Assembly: GCF_006345805.1 (NCBI RefSeq)
Contig: NC_043000.1
Location: 161,014,001 to 161,078,000, forward strand
DNA from: Octopus sinensis
Taxonomy: Eukaryota
DNA length: 64,000 nt
Direction of reading: 5' to 3'
Both the position numbers and the translations under genes were made by a program. The notes beneath the pieces were generated by a model, which saw only the letters and a program-made list of their open reading frames with translations, was not told the origin of the DNA and did not search any database. Positions 24,930-39,483 of this stretch are shown here, piece after piece. Position 1 is the first letter of the stretch, and each line of letters opens with the position of its first letter.

Positions 24930-26082
24930 ACAATGAATATTGAACAATAGGCCTAAACACCTACCTGAAAAACTCTGAGGACTGGGTGTTAAAACTTGTC
25001 TCAAAACATGAAAACAAGACAGCATCACACCCAGTAACAAAACAGGCAAAGGATTATATAAGAAACTTCCAAATACAACAAATTCCAGAATTAGACGCTC
25101 TAGAAAAAGGCATAGAAAAAGCTAAGCGTATGAAAACCCGGCCTAAAACTGCTGCCTGAGATATTCTTACTGATAAATGGCAAGATAAACCTCACAATGG
25201 CAAAAATCCAAAGAGAGCTAAAAATGCCGATGTTGACAAAGCCCTTACCTATCAATGGTTAATGGCTTCTGGCTCAAAATCAGAACAGAAGGGTTTATCA
25301 TAGCTGCCCAAGATCAGTTCCTACCCACAAGATACTACCAGCCAAAATATTAAGGAATGGCAGCAGCCCAACATGTCAACAACAAAATGAAACTATTGAT
25401 CATGTTGTATCCATGTGCAGTCTTCTTGCGCCTGCAGTGTATCTCAGCAAGCATGATAGAGCTGCACAATATATTCACTGGGTAATTTGCAAAAAGTGGA
25501 CCTGCCCCATGATAAAAACTGGTGGGAATATAAACCACCTTCAGTACTTGAAAATTATCACATCTCACTACCCTGGAAATTCACCATTCAAACTGACAGA
25601 CAGATAGATGCATTATATAGAATGACTTCAGACAAAAATTATGCTTCCTCATTGATATGACTGTCCCAATCGATATAAATGTATCTGTTAAGACCTATCA
25701 AAAACTGAGTAAGTATAAAGATCTTGAAATATAAATTGGCAAAATGTTGTCATTGGTGCCCTAGGAATGATAGCAAAAGGGGGCTGATTGCTAATTAGCT
25801 CAGATACCAGGAAACCCCAAATAGCAGAAATTCAAAAGATAGTAAACATGGGAACTGCCCATATCCTACGTAATATATTGTCTATGTAATCTCAAATTTT
25901 AATGCAAACTAATAATTGTCTTATTTTCTTAAACATTCTCTAGAACAATATTATGTACAAAACCAAATATATGACACCCTAGGCATAACACCAACATGAA
26001 CTTCTCTCTTGTTGTCTCTTGATGTCTCTGCGTGAGACTTGGATCCAACTTGTACAAATATAAAGCAAAAGTCAAACTCATA

Positions 26083-26085
<3 letters not shown>
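24930..26085 (+). mobile_element. Degenerate R4/Dong-like RLE LINE 3' half ending in (TAA)n
   Basis: EGFIIAAQDQ-like, KHDRAAQYIHWVIC, VPIDINVSVKTYQKLSKYKDLEI and GTAHILRNILSM motifs. Confidence 0.8.
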
Positions 26086-26140
<55 letters not shown>

Positions 26141-26157
26141 TGATGATGATGATGATG

Positions 26158-26233
<76 letters not shown>

Positions 26234-26247
26234 TGATGATGATGCTG

Positions 26248-26339
<92 letters not shown>

Positions 26340-26358
26340 CAATATAATAATAATAATA
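26085..26358. repeat. (AAT)n microsatellite with (GAT) interruptions
   Basis: Direct. Confidence 0.95.
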
Positions 26359-26917
26359 AAATGCCCTGATGCAGTACCAGGCAGTGGCTCTCATGGCTTC
26401 TGGTCTTAACTGATTGGAAGTGTTATTATGTACATTGTTTTGACTTGGTATAAAAGATGGGCTACAGCAAATATTCTGCTCAATACCACAGATTTGCTTG
26501 TCAGTTGTTTGACCTTAACCAGTTGAGCATGTCCCTTAGTGGCTGACGATATGTGCATCTCTAATCACAAGCAGAAGTAGTGGGGGAGCATCGTAGCCGT
26601 GTGTTGAAAGGAATTCTTAGAGGTTTGGATAATTCTCCTTTGGAAACATGGGTGGTTCGTTCAACATCCTTAAACAATCCTTATTCAGGGACCTTTTGAG
26701 CGGGATGGGCTACTCGACCAGACGACAATTTTAACTGGAGCCCCACCTGCAAGGTCATGTGCTTTTAATCTTGATATGAGATCACCATGTCGTGCACACT
26801 TGGTTGTGAGGCATGTGCCTGATGTACCCTTATCAGACGGGTATCCATGATGGGTATACTGGGCTTCGTTTATTTTACCCTAGAGTCACTTAGATGGCAT
26901 GCACTGCTCTCTCGCTC
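26359..26917 (+). mobile_element. ~560 bp non-coding (TAA)n-embedded element, copy A (full length, subfamily 1)
   Basis: AAATGCCCTGATGCAGTACCAGG ... CTCTCTCGCTC, with (AAT)n on both sides. Confidence 0.85.
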
Positions 26918-26929
26918 AATAATAATAAT

Positions 26930-27545
26930 AATACAGACAAGACGCTAGAACACTGAAGGCCGGACATAGAAACTTTAAGAGGTGCAAAGAAGAGTGTCTT
27001 ATAATCGACGTGTCATTGCCAGGAGATCAATATATTATTATGAAAAAAAGAGAAAAGATAGATAAAGAGTGGTAGAGTCGGGGACTAGCAGAACAACGGG
27101 GATTTCCTAATCCAAACAGATCAGGTTCTAGAGCATAAAATACCCGACCTATTGGTGGTGGACAAGGTGCACTGCATATGCTATATAGTTGATGTTGCAT
27201 GCCCATTTGAACCACGAATAGTCAAGAAGGAAGGTGAAAACATAGACATACACAACCCTTTTAAGTACGAAATAGCCCTGCAATGGAACATGAAGAAGGT
27301 GAAGATAGTGCCAAGCATCGATGTGCCCTTGGGAACAATATCAAAAGTCATCAAGAGGAATATAAAGGAAATTGGAATAGAGTTCTCAATAGAACTGTTA
27401 CAAAAGGTTTGCCTCCTTGGCACGGCCAGAATAGTCAGGAAAGTATTAGATAGATGAAAAGAACGAATAGCATGGTACTGTAGGTTGCAGGTAGTAAGCC
27501 CGCTACACATGCAAGACCTCAGTAGTTCCAACAAAACCCGTGATA
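26930..27545 (+). mobile_element. R4/Dong-like RLE endonuclease 3' fragment
   Basis: KIPDLLVVDK..YIVDVACPFE..LLQKVCLLGTARIVRKVL*, then a 3' UTR running into (AAT)n. Confidence 0.8.
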
Positions 27546-27551
27546 ATAATG

Positions 27552-27591
<40 letters not shown>

Positions 27592-27593
27592 TG

Positions 27594-27624
<31 letters not shown>

Positions 27625-27657
27625 TACCACTACCACTACCACTACTACTACTACTAC

Positions 27658-27690
<33 letters not shown>

Positions 27691-27701
27691 TAATAATAAC
27701 A

Positions 27702-28175
27702 TTGGTATAAAAGAATGGGCTACAGCAAATATTCTGCTCAATACCACAGATTTGCTTGTCAGTTGTTTGACCTTAACCAGTTGAGCATGTCCCTTAATGG
27801 CTGACGATATGTGCATCTCTGATCACGAGCAGAAGTAGTGGGGGAGCATCATAGCCATGTGTTGAGAGGGATTCTTTGGGGTTTGAATAGTTCACCTCTG
27901 GAAACATGGGTGGTTCTTTCAACATCCTTAAGCAACCCTTATTCAGGGACCGTTTGAGCGGGATGGGCTACTCAACCTGAAGAAAATTCTAACTGGGCCC
28001 CCACCTGCAAGGTCATGTGCTGTTTATCTTGATATGAGATCACCATGTCGCGCACATATGGTTGTGATGCATGTGCCTGGTGTACCTTTATCAGACGGGT
28101 AGTCATGATGGGTATATTGGGCTTCGTATATTTTACCCCAGTGTCACTTTGATGGCATGAACTGCTCTCTCACAC
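27702..28175 (+). mobile_element. ~560 bp element, copy B (left-truncated, subfamily 2)
   Basis: Homologous to copy A from TGGTATAAAAG; same right end. Confidence 0.85.
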
Positions 28176-28197
28176 AATAATAATAATAATAATAATA

Positions 28198-28686
28198 CTG
28201 TACATTGTTTTGTCTTGGTATAAAAGATGGGCTACAGCAAATATTCTGCTCAATACCACAGATTTGCTTGTCAGTTGTTTGACCTTAACCAGTTGAGCAT
28301 GTCCCTTAATGGCTGACGATATGTGCATCTCTGATCACGAGCAGAAGTAGTGGGGGAGCATCATAGCCATGTGTTGAGAGGGATTCTTTGGGGTTTGAAT
28401 AATTCACCTCTGGAAACATGGGTGGTTCTCTCAATATCCTTAAACAACCCTTATTCAGGGACCTTTTGAGCGGGATGGGCTACTCAACCTGAAGAAAATT
28501 CTAACTGGGCCCCACCTGCAAGGTCATGTGCTGTTTATCTTGATATGAGATCACCATGTCGCGCACGTATGGTTGTGATACATGTGCCTGGTGTACCCTT
28601 ATCTGACGGGTAGTCATGATGGGTATATTGGGCTTCGTATATTTTACCCCAGTGTCACTTTGATGGCATGAACCGCTCTCTCACTC
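28198..28686 (+). mobile_element. ~560 bp element, copy C (left-truncated, subfamily 2)
   Basis: Homologous from TGTACATTG; same right end CTCTCACTC(AAT)n. Confidence 0.85.
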
Positions 28687-28741
28687 AATAATAATGATAA
28701 TAATAATGATAATAATAATGATGATGATGATGATACTACTT

Positions 28742-28795
<54 letters not shown>

Positions 28796-28798
28796 ATG

Positions 28799-28834
<36 letters not shown>

Positions 28835-28899
28835 TAATAATAATAATGATGATGATGATGATGATAATGATAATGAGGTGGAGGAGGAGGAGGAGGAGA

Positions 28900-29365
28900 G
28901 TTTTAGCACCACCAGAGTATAAATCAAGACATGGCGGCGATGACAATATCTGCAGATTAATATGTCACCATCATAAAATCAAAACTGTTTTCAAGTGGTT
29001 TAAATATCACCTTGAGGATGTACGTAATTGAGGAGAAATATGTAAGGAATCTTTGAGACTTCCCTGTAAATGCAGATAAAACCATCAAAGCTAATAAACC
29101 GACTATTGTTGTAAAAGACCAAAAGAATAAAATCTGTTTATTGATTGACATGAGTATCTCTTGTGATCATAATATTACGGCAAAAGAATTTGACAAGTGC
29201 AGAAAATATAAAGATTTGCTCATTGAAATCTATAACAAGGCTGTTAAATTACCAGTGATTGTAGGAGTACTAGCAATGTTCAAAAATGTACTGACAAATA
29301 TTTAAGCGTGACCACTGGCTTACCGTCCCTGCAACTGGTACGTCGCATATATTCAGAAGAGCATT
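28900..29365 (+). mobile_element. Degenerate R4/Dong-like RLE fragment
   Basis: DKTIKANKP..CLLIDMSISCDHNITAKEFDK..KYKDLLIEI; same subfamily as 47248-47695. Confidence 0.7.
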
Positions 29366-29789
29366 GTTACGGTGAAAACGATAAACACATTATATTTGCA
29401 TTTACATACTTAGCGAGCCTATTGGGGAAAAAAGAGATAGTTTTGGAGAAACTTAATCGAGAGAATACATTGTGGAGTTGAATGCAAAACAAAGCAAGCG
29501 ACGTGGTATTTGTTGCTGGATTTATATTTACACAAAACATCAACCACGAGAAGTAGAGTTTGAAAGAGTTTTGCAAGAACAACTTGGAAAAGCAGCAGGA
29601 AGATTTACTGCAGTTAAGGAGATGGCGTTTAAACATATGTGCTGCCTAGTATAATTTTAATTTTAATATACATCTGGCAGAGTTCTAACAAGTCAGCTGC
29701 TCTGAACATGTGTGCACGCGTGTATGTAAGTTTGCGTTTATATATACATTCATACATACATACATACATACATACATACATACATACAT

Positions 29790-29820
<31 letters not shown>

Positions 29821-30070
29821 TATATATAAATATATGTATATGTATATATATGTATATGTACACACACACACATACTTAACATACATACACATATACATGT
29901 GCATATACATGTGTGTATATATATATATGCATATATATATGCATACATATATATATATATATACACACACATAAGTATTTATATATATATATGTGCATAT
30001 ATATGCACACATATAAACATATGCATATACATTTATGTATCTACATCTATATGTTCATACTTATATGTGT

Positions 30071-30108
<38 letters not shown>

Positions 30109-31129
30109 ATACATTCGTTCATATATAGAGGCGTGTAGATAGAGAGAGACAGATTGATTGTATATCAGTGTTTAAATGCACCCTGCTTGTTGCCGTTGGT
30201 AATGGACACTGCATTTTCTGATGATGAGGAAATGATGATCCTGTGGAGTAGATGAATTTTGTGCATCTGCAGCTTAATTAACGCGGGAAAATAGGCCATA
30301 TCTTCACTTTCCTGCATAATAGAGATAATAATATTAACAATAAAAATAACAACAGGAACAGCTACAACAAAAAACAGTCATGCTAATTTGTGTTATACTC
30401 CCACTACTGCCCATTCCTCCTCCCGCTGCTCTTCTAACACCACATCATTATTATCATGTAATGAGAATCCTGTTTATTTTCGCCGTAAACTTCGTCGTTA
30501 TCGTCGTCGTCGTCATCATCACCATCATCATAATCATCATCATCGTATTCATCATCATCATCATCATCAAGATCAACAACGGCAACAACAATAAGTACAA
30601 AAACAACTTCAATCTCATCAGTCTTATGATAATTATCGTTGTCATTATTCTCATCATTATCATCATAATCCAACCATGATTATCAACATTATTCTCATCA
30701 ACACCATCATAACCATTATTAATGATCGTCATTTTAAACAAATTTGCTTTCAAAGTAAAACATTATTATTAGATATTACCCAAGGCTAATAATTAAAAGT
30801 AACCTGTAAATATTTCTCCTGCTAGTGTTGCTATCATTACCACAACAACAATAACAATTACCACTACTACTAATACTACTTCTACTTGAATGCTTAAATT
30901 TTATGAAGACTCAACATGCGCTTATAATAATAATAATAATAATGATAATAATAATAATAATAATAAGAAGAAGAAGAAGAAGAAGAAGAAGAATAACAAC
31001 AACAACAATAATAATAATAATAATATAATAATAATAATAATAATAAATAATAATAATAATAACAACAACAACAACACCAATAACAATAACACCAACAACA
31101 GCAACAAAAACAAACACACCGAAACACTT

Positions 31130-33730
31130 AAGTTGAAAACAGTCAATTTCACCTTGATAAACAAAAATAAGAATGAGTTAATAGATTACATAGAAAAACA
31201 TCACAAAGGCGATTTGACAACAGGAGGGAAAGAATTTGATACATTCGTCCCGAAAACACCTAAGAAGAGAGTGCTAATAAAAACGTCAAGTCAAATTTAT
31301 CACACTCTCCTGATGAACTCTCCAGAGTGTGATGGGATTTTCAGAAAATTGGAAAATAAAACTTCATTACAAGTGCTTTACAAGGGACACGAACCTCAAC
31401 AGAACACCGATCCCATCGCTTCATATGACGTAAGTGAGTAACTTCTTCCTTTATTTCTCCGATAAACATGGTAGCACAGAGTAGGCTGTATTAAAGCATG
31501 TGCTATAGAGTCAGCTTGGTACCAAAGCCACTTGCCCAATGACATCAGGTCACTTGACTTACATGTAACAGCTAATACTGAAACCAGAATTTCTGAGACA
31601 CACGCACTCAGTCCCGTGTTTGACCACTACAAGACATATTCGACTTGTGGTCTGATTGGTTCGAACAGTGAAGTAGCACTGTTTTTTCTGAAATAGGTTT
31701 AGAGGTACAAATGATCTTCCTGCATCCGGCAGTTATGTTAGGAGTACTAAACTGGATGACAGTAAAGACGTTGCTTTCAGATTTGCAGCCGTCTGTACTT
31801 CCACCGGGACAAGATAGTCACACTTCTTTAGACGTCTAGAAATCTTCCTTGGAACATTCCGCTCTTTAGTACTAGTAGGAGTGAGTAAATACTACTTTGG
31901 ACACACGATGGGATTGGGTTGGGTTAACCAATAGAAGGGGAAGCAAAAGGCTCTGAAACATTCAGACGTCTGACAGGTATCAACTAGATTTCCCGAATGT
32001 GCCAATATGGGCATGGAGCAATAACAATGGGTCTTTCAGATGATTGTATTCACACACAGTATTTATTATGGTAGTAGACAGATATACTTCAAGGTGTCCC
32101 CAGTTCATACTGACCGGCTACACGGATCACAAATTTGTGATTTTCACATTCGCCTTAGGTAAAGCTCATAGACAGGGACCTGATTACAGGAAGTTGAATG
32201 CGTCTTTCCCGCCGCAAAAAAAGACTACAGAAACTGGATGAGCGAGTTAGTTAAGCGGTAATTGACAGGGGTAATAGTCAGTAACAGGTGCTGGGGAACC
32301 CTGAAGAAGCTAATTAAATATGAGTCAATAGCGTTTAGTAAAAGCAAGTGATAGAGAGAAATATATTAGAAGATAAGTGAGTTAGTAAACTAAAAGAAGC
32401 AATTAGAAGTAGCATCGCGACAAACGTGCTAACGGCGAGAATGGCCTTCCAAATTTCTTGAATGCGAAACACGAAGGCTGTGTTGCCAGGGCTAGAGCTT
32501 GTGCACTAAAACAAGAAGGAATAAAAGCAAGTTGATGGTCTCAGTTGATGGAACCGCGACGTCGAAACAAAGTCACAATTCAGTCATTGACAGATCAGGA
32601 CGGGTGCGCAGTAGGCAGTTCTAAGGAAATATGTGCGGCTTTGCTGCAGCACTTTGCAATAAATCACTGGGAATTATAAACTGTAATGCCTACATCGACA
32701 GCCTCTCGGGCCAAGAGGTAATACGCTGAGAAAGGCCAATAGTACAACTTAGAGACATACAGTTGTGAATGATTTAGCAAAGGATAAATCTCCTAATTAG
32801 GATAGTCTGCCCTATGAGAATTATGGTTATAATGGGAGATGTTTGATTACTTCTTAGCAAACATTCTGTTAAAACTGGCAGCAAATGTACAATTCCCGGT
32901 TCTGTGAACAGGGATGTGTTAACTTTGCTGAGAAAAAGCGTCAATACTGTAGTTTTTATAGACAATTTCCGGCCCATAAACTTGGTAAAAGCAGAGGTTC
33001 AAATTTTGGCCAAGGTGTAACCAAAGAAGGTGGTACTCGTCGTAGATGGTTCGATCGAAAAGCTCAAACGTGGTTCATTCTACAACTTTCTCCTTACGCG
33101 TTATATAATAGAGGAAATGGCTGACAAACCTGGCATTTATGGGGCCCTGATCAATTTGGATCAGCCAAAACCGTTCAGTAAAGTCGACTATTGATACTTG
33201 GCAATAGTCATAAAAGCAACTGGTTTAGGACTCGTTTTTAGTGGCCCTATCGCAGCAATGCACAGTGGCGACTGCTAGGTGATCAAAGTAAACAGATACC
33301 TCTCGGAACCGTTACATATCGCATGTTTGATCCGTTAGGGGTGTCTTCTTTCGTTTTTTCTAAACGTTCTGGCACTCAAGCCTTCACAGCGTAAGTTAGA
33401 ACTCTTGAAGGATATCCCTTTCGAGCTGGGATGCGGGAAGCTGTGTCGGTGTATGCAGATTACATTACGGTGTCAGATACTGCGGAAGTCCAGCTAGTCG
33501 ATACCATTTTAAAGGACCACAAGGTGATAGCAGGAGCAAAGATGAATCCGAAAAGGTCGGTAGGCTGGAGAGGCAAGCCAATACCAATGAACGCCATAGT
33601 AGGTCAATGGACAAACGGACCACTCACATTATTTGGGATTTTGTATGGCCCGGACCTACAAGGTGATAAGAAATGGAATGAGTTATAAGCAAGTCGGGAC
33701 AGTTTCACTCAGAACTGGGTTGAGAAGATA
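31130..33730 (+). mobile_element. Degenerate L1/Tx1-clade LINE (ORF1 remnant plus EN/RT remnants)
   Basis: YRKLNAS (cf. YWKLN), KDKSP..SLPYE, FRPINL..ILAK, INLDQPKPFSKVD and YADYITV motifs in order. Confidence 0.65.
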
Positions 33731-34273
33731 TTATCACTGAAATATTGACCCCTGAAAGGACAAAGGGCAAAGTTGACATCAGAGGAATTTAAACTAAGAC
33801 CATAAAAACATACGAAATACCACCAAGTATTTTGTGCAGCGTGCTATCGATTCTTCTTTGGTTGCTGATACTCCTGCTAAAGCGGCACTTTGCTGCGTAT
33901 GCTGTTGGTGTTGCTATTGTTGCGGTGACGGTGCTGGAAGAAGTGGAAGCCTTTATTTTCTCTTCTCTTTTTTTTTTTTTTGCCTTGAGATGGTTTGTGT
34001 TTTTCTATAAGCAGCACTCGGCTTCCTGCTCGCAACAGCTTCCTATGTCTCTACGCCGCCTGACAGATTAACCATAGTCAGGATAGATTACGTACGAGAT
34101 CCGTCCAATACCTATAGGCTCCACAACGCATTCCTGCCAATCTGTCGCTTTCTTGAACCATTTTATCCTTAGAACTCATCCTTGTGCTATTAAGATCAAT
34201 CCCTCACTCTCTTTAGTGCGCCTTTCTTTAAACATAACCAGCTGTCCTTGTCATCATTTATCTCTCTTGTGTT

Positions 34274-34323
<50 letters not shown>

Positions 34324-34479
34324 ATCACCACCAACTTCAATATTTTGATTTTTACTGCTACTCTTGTGGTTGATGTCTCTTCTGCTGATGTTTTTTCTTA
34401 AGAGTGAACATCTGTATTGGAGGTCTGGCAATTCTATGTAGACGTTTGACTTTAATGCATACATACATACATACATACA

Positions 34480-34510
<31 letters not shown>

Positions 34511-34779
34511 GTACGTAAATATATGCGTACATACATACACACACACACGCGTACACACACACACATGCTGACACATACACATTCTCATATAATATTTATC
34601 AAATTTATTTTGACAAAAAGTGGCTTCAGTACCTCTGGGTGGTCATTCATTACATTGGCTGAAATAATGCTTGTTCTTGTCATGAATCATTTTCATAATT
34701 TTTTGGTCCATTCATAAAGAACCACTGCATCGCGTCACTGGAGATGATTTTCAACAAAATCAAATACTAGTTTCATAAA

Positions 34780-35341
34780 TATTGGGTTGTCCGGAAAGTT
34801 TGTACCGATATTTAAAGGAAAGAAAAAGGTGATTAAATAATTGCCATTACATTTTTAATCAACCAAATATGAACCATTTTGTTGCACAATGCGTCTCTAT
34901 CTTTCCTTTAACTTGGAAATACCCTCTTCCCAGAATTGAGGTGCTTTCATGGCAAAGAATTCATCACGGTATCTTTTTACGTCATCCAAAGAATTGAAAA
35001 TATTACCATTAAGTGTATTTAGCAGAGACCTGAATAAGGGGAAATCCGAAGGAGCAATATCTGATGAATATGGAGGGTGAGTTAACGCATCCCAGCCGAG
35101 CTGCAGCAATTTTTGTCTCGTTCCCAAGTGCCGAATATGAAATTTCTTATCTTCCATTTTAAAGGGTTGCAGAATTAACACAGGTTATAGTAACATAAAC
35201 CTTCTTCCACGAAAAGATAGCTTAAATTGTGCTCTAAATGGAGGTGTAGTCAAATCCTATTTTATGGACTCAACCATGTTCTAAAATAAGTCGAAATGTA
35301 AGCTATTATGAATCGGCACAAACTTTCCGGGCAGCCCAATA
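34780..35341 (-). mobile_element. Non-autonomous mariner (internally deleted) with intact TIRs and TA TSD
   Basis: TA-TTGGGTTGTCCGGAAAGTTTG ... CAAACTTTCCGGGCAGCCCAA-TA; ORF contains HPPYSSDIAPSDFPLFRSL. Confidence 0.92.
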
Positions 35342-38300
35342 TATTATATCTACAGTCTATATAGTGGTGCTTATTTGACTGGCAGAAAAATGTTTCTAAA
35401 GAAAAGGTGTGGGTGGTAGATGTTTTTTCCATGTATGTTGACTGAAAATTTGAATCTCTCGACTTTAATGCTCACAACTCACCTCGTGGATTCGATGTTT
35501 CCTGCCAGTCTGCTCCATTGTAGTGCGGTCAGAAAATTATCTTTGATCCACATTGTACCAAAAATGGTATATTCTAAATGGAACCCGTTCTTCCACGAAC
35601 AGGGTATTGACTTTTTTTGCTTTAATGTCAGTCCACAAGTAATCCTAAAACGGTGGTTTTATACATCTTTTCTGCTTTCAAACGATATGAAACGAGACGT
35701 TAATCACTTGTTGCAGTCATAAATAATAATCTTAAACACGTCAGCAACTGAGCGCAAGAAAGCCCAGAGTTTTTCAACGGAACCAAAACAAAATCATAAC
35801 ATATACGAATATACGAATTGTTAGACATAACAAGGAAATATTCATCTATTTACATCCACACACACACACAGAGTTAAAACTCTCAAATTCGTTCTAAATA
35901 ACAGCTCTCACAAATTGCATGTGGCATGGGGCCTTCAGGATCTTATGCTGCGAACTGATATGCATAAAATTGACAAACTTGACAAACTTGCATGCGAAAG
36001 ACTTTATTCCCAGATAATAATTCAGCACTGATCAGACGGTAATATTCTACAAATTTGCATTAGACGACCAAGAGTGTGAGGCTGTTTTACATGTAAGCAT
36101 TTACGATTACACCAAATGCAACTGAGTATCAATGAATCGCTGACTTCCATGCCACAATTCGTTACCCATAAATGCGTTATATTGTCTTACAACCTTCGTA
36201 CATTCATAATAAATTAATAAATTCTTTTCAACAAACATGCGTAATACCACTTTCTTAAGACTATTCTGATTACATCAATTGCACTGATCATGTTGCCATC
36301 CCTACACTGTATCACGCGGACAAGAGAGTTCCCTGAACCACTCATTTCTTTTACCTCAGAACTTGAACACTCCGATCACTCTCCCACCTCATTTTATTTT
36401 TTCCTAAAACGTTCAATATATAGAAATTCTAGCTGAAGATTTAACTGATGAAAACACATAAGTTTACAACAGTGTCGCTCCTCCTCTGATTACTGACAAT
36501 AGACTTTTCAACTTATTAGTTGTATTAATTACTCAACATCTAATGACATAGCCTAAACGTAGTTACGGTTAGAACATCCCAGATTAAAGATCTAGAAATC
36601 CTTTTGCATCGGTACATTTTTGGATCAGATTATCTTGCAGACGATTTTGCATGAAAGATATAATAATTTTAGGGAAAAAAAGCCTACTGTATCTTATACA
36701 CAGGCAAGTAATTTCGAGGAAAATATTACTAATGTCAACCCTAGAAAATTGTTTTCTGTTTTTTAATTGTTTTTAAGCCCTGGTATGATTTTTGAAGCTC
36801 TTTCTTGGTAATATCCGTAAGTAGACATGTCTTCTTTGTAATTTGCTATAATTATGATTAGTTGATTTTCTTTGAACATTCAAAATAAAGGAAAAAAGGT
36901 AAATGCATTGTACTTCCTTCACAAAATATATTTTTTAAAACGAATCAAAGCAATAGAAAAAGAAATACAACAATACTTCTACATTCAGCCACCTCAGCTG
37001 CTGTGACCTACATGAAAAAAATGATTATATAGGGAGACATTTGTTTTTTATGTTGCGACTGTGACATGTTTTACGTTGAACAGACTGCAAAAAAAATAAC
37101 AGGAACAAATTAAAATACTAAAGCAGGAAAATATCTATAAATAAAACTTTTATTATTTAAATAGAAACGTAGAAATATTATTATTGATTCTACGTAATGC
37201 TGTTTAGACACGTTCAATATTGCATTATACATGAACGCATACGACGTGCGAGAGATAAGAACAAAACACGGTAATTGCAACGAGAAAAGGAGGGGAGGGG
37301 ACTGCATGCATGTTTACGTTATTGCTACTGTTTCTCTGCTCATCTTGAGTGTAGGTGTGGACACATTTATGTGGATATGTAAATATTCTTTCTAGCTCGA
37401 ACAATTAACAATTGATTCATATAATGCCCCATGGTGGAGTTTTTTAAAGCAACATATATGATATTGATCTTTCTCTTTACATTTGATTGGGATTATGCAA
37501 TAGAGAGAAGGAGTGTATTCATCTGAAATGTTTTTGATCATATATTGCAGCCGAATGTTCTCAGCTAAAGACACACGCATGTTTATGCGTAACGCCATAT
37601 ATTCGCATGTCAGCACTGGGGAAACTGACCTCTAATGGTGATTTTCAGCCATGATTATTTCAAAATTTTCTGTCGATAACCGTACAAAAGTACTATTACA
37701 TAGGATAATAACAAAATGACTTCACTAATAAAAGAGAGCGGGGGATGCCATAAAGATTTTTATGGGAGTAAATATCAGGAAATAGTTAATAAAACCACAG
37801 CCAAGAACTGTGTAAAAGAAGAACATAGGGTCTGATCATGACATGAATTGATTAAATGATTTTAAACAATTTCTTTGTGGATTTGGGAAATAACAACAAA
37901 AAATAAAATATGCTGATAGCAAACTGGTACAATAAAGAAATGATAAATTAATACAAAGTGAATTTGCAGAATTAAGTAAAAGAGGGTAATTATAAGCATA
38001 AGCCCTGTTCGTGTTAGAAGATGAGTATTCTCTGTACACTCTTTAGTTTTCTTTGTTTTCTGACCGTAATTCGTATAGCCTTCAAGCTTAAATCAATCAA
38101 CTTTACAGTCATATGTCTACTGTATGTGGTTTACCTAAATGTCTATAAAGATTCTGTAGAGAAAATAGCATGGAAATCAGTTTCTAAAAATGCGCTAAAT
38201 TAGTCATGAAGAGAGAAATATTAATTAAAACAACTAATATCACGTTAGATAAAGAAACAGAGATAAGACATGCGAGCCAAACACCGACTAGTAACACTTG

Positions 38301-38588
38301 GGAATTAATGAATTTGACAGAACACAGCTGATATACACATAAGTAAATACTAGGTTACCAAAATGTACTATATCTCAGTCAGCAATAAATTATAGTTAAA
38401 ATATTGCCAAATGGACTTGGCTTCGAGATACTAGACAGAAATCAAGAAAACAAAATGCATTTCGAAAACACTTTACAAACAGTGAAGGAATCAGATTATT
38501 TTTGCCTCAAATGCAGGGAGATAAAATTTTTCACAACCAAACGTTAAATTATGTTTATTGAACGACAAGGAATATATATATATATATA

Positions 38589-39483
38589 TACAGGGCGCGG
38601 TGAATAAACTGTCGTCTAAATTACGCAAAAATGAAAATAACACCATCTCATTTTAATATATATTTACCAAAATTACGTAAAAATATCTTGAAATAACAAA
38701 GAGTAAATTTATTCAATACAATCGCCATTGAATTCAACCACGGCCTACACACAACTTCAGAATCTCCAGCAGCTCTTCTGCGCACGGTCTCATTGTTTAA
38801 GGTAGTGAATGCTGCTATAATCCTTGCTTTCAGTTCATTTTTCCTGTTAGAATGAGTTTTGTTGGTCTCTGGCTCAGCTGCGCCCCACACATAATAATCA
38901 AGCGAGTTGCAGCCTAGTGAGTTAGGTGGTCAGATGTTAGGGGTCAGATGTGGTCACAGAAATTGTCTGACAGCCTTGACTGGGTTCACTTGCTTGTGTA
39001 ACATGGTGCAGAGTCCTGTTGCCAGACATAGGGTTTTGCAGCAGCCACCCTCTTGACCCAGGGCAGCACTACCTCCTCCAGGGACTTGATGTATGCTACC
39101 GTGTTGAGTCCGAGGCCGTGTTGGAAGATGAACGGACGCATAACATTACTACCACTAGTGATCACTCCAAACACTATGATGTTGATTGGATGTTTGACTT
39201 TTATTACTCTCGGTACATGTTTTGGGGACACGAGAAGCCAATAGTTACTCTGTGTGTTCACCATCTTTTCGTATTGGTGCTTCCGGCGCGAACGCTCAAC
39301 AGGACAGCATGTCATTTCCAAATCTCTGGCAGAGTGAATTATGTCATGGTGCTGTTTTCTCACAGACAATGTCCAACTGACCTTACAATACTGTCTAGTC
39401 GACAAAATCAAAATCAATCAATGCGTTGGTGCGAAATTTAAAAAAATAATAAAATGGTGACTATTTACCCATCACACACTGTA
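38589..39483 (-). mobile_element. maT/DD37D-like Tc1/mariner relic
   Basis: KHPINIIVFGVITS..YVWQQDSAPCYTSK and WPPNSLGCNSLDYYVWG motifs; degenerate TACAG.. termini at both ends. Confidence 0.8.

Noticed and set aside
26359-26450. HDV-like ribozyme at the 5' end of the ~560 bp element
   Set aside because: A manual attempt gave no consistent P1/P1.1 pairing; needs a proper model search
26359-28686. CRISPR-like repeat-spacer reading of the element/microsatellite alternation
   Set aside because: Units are hundreds of bp of eukaryotic repeats, with no short direct repeats, unique spacers or cas genes
29367-29654. Overlapping 60-89 aa ORFs
   Set aside because: No recognisable domain or splice signals; adjacent to decayed LINE sequence
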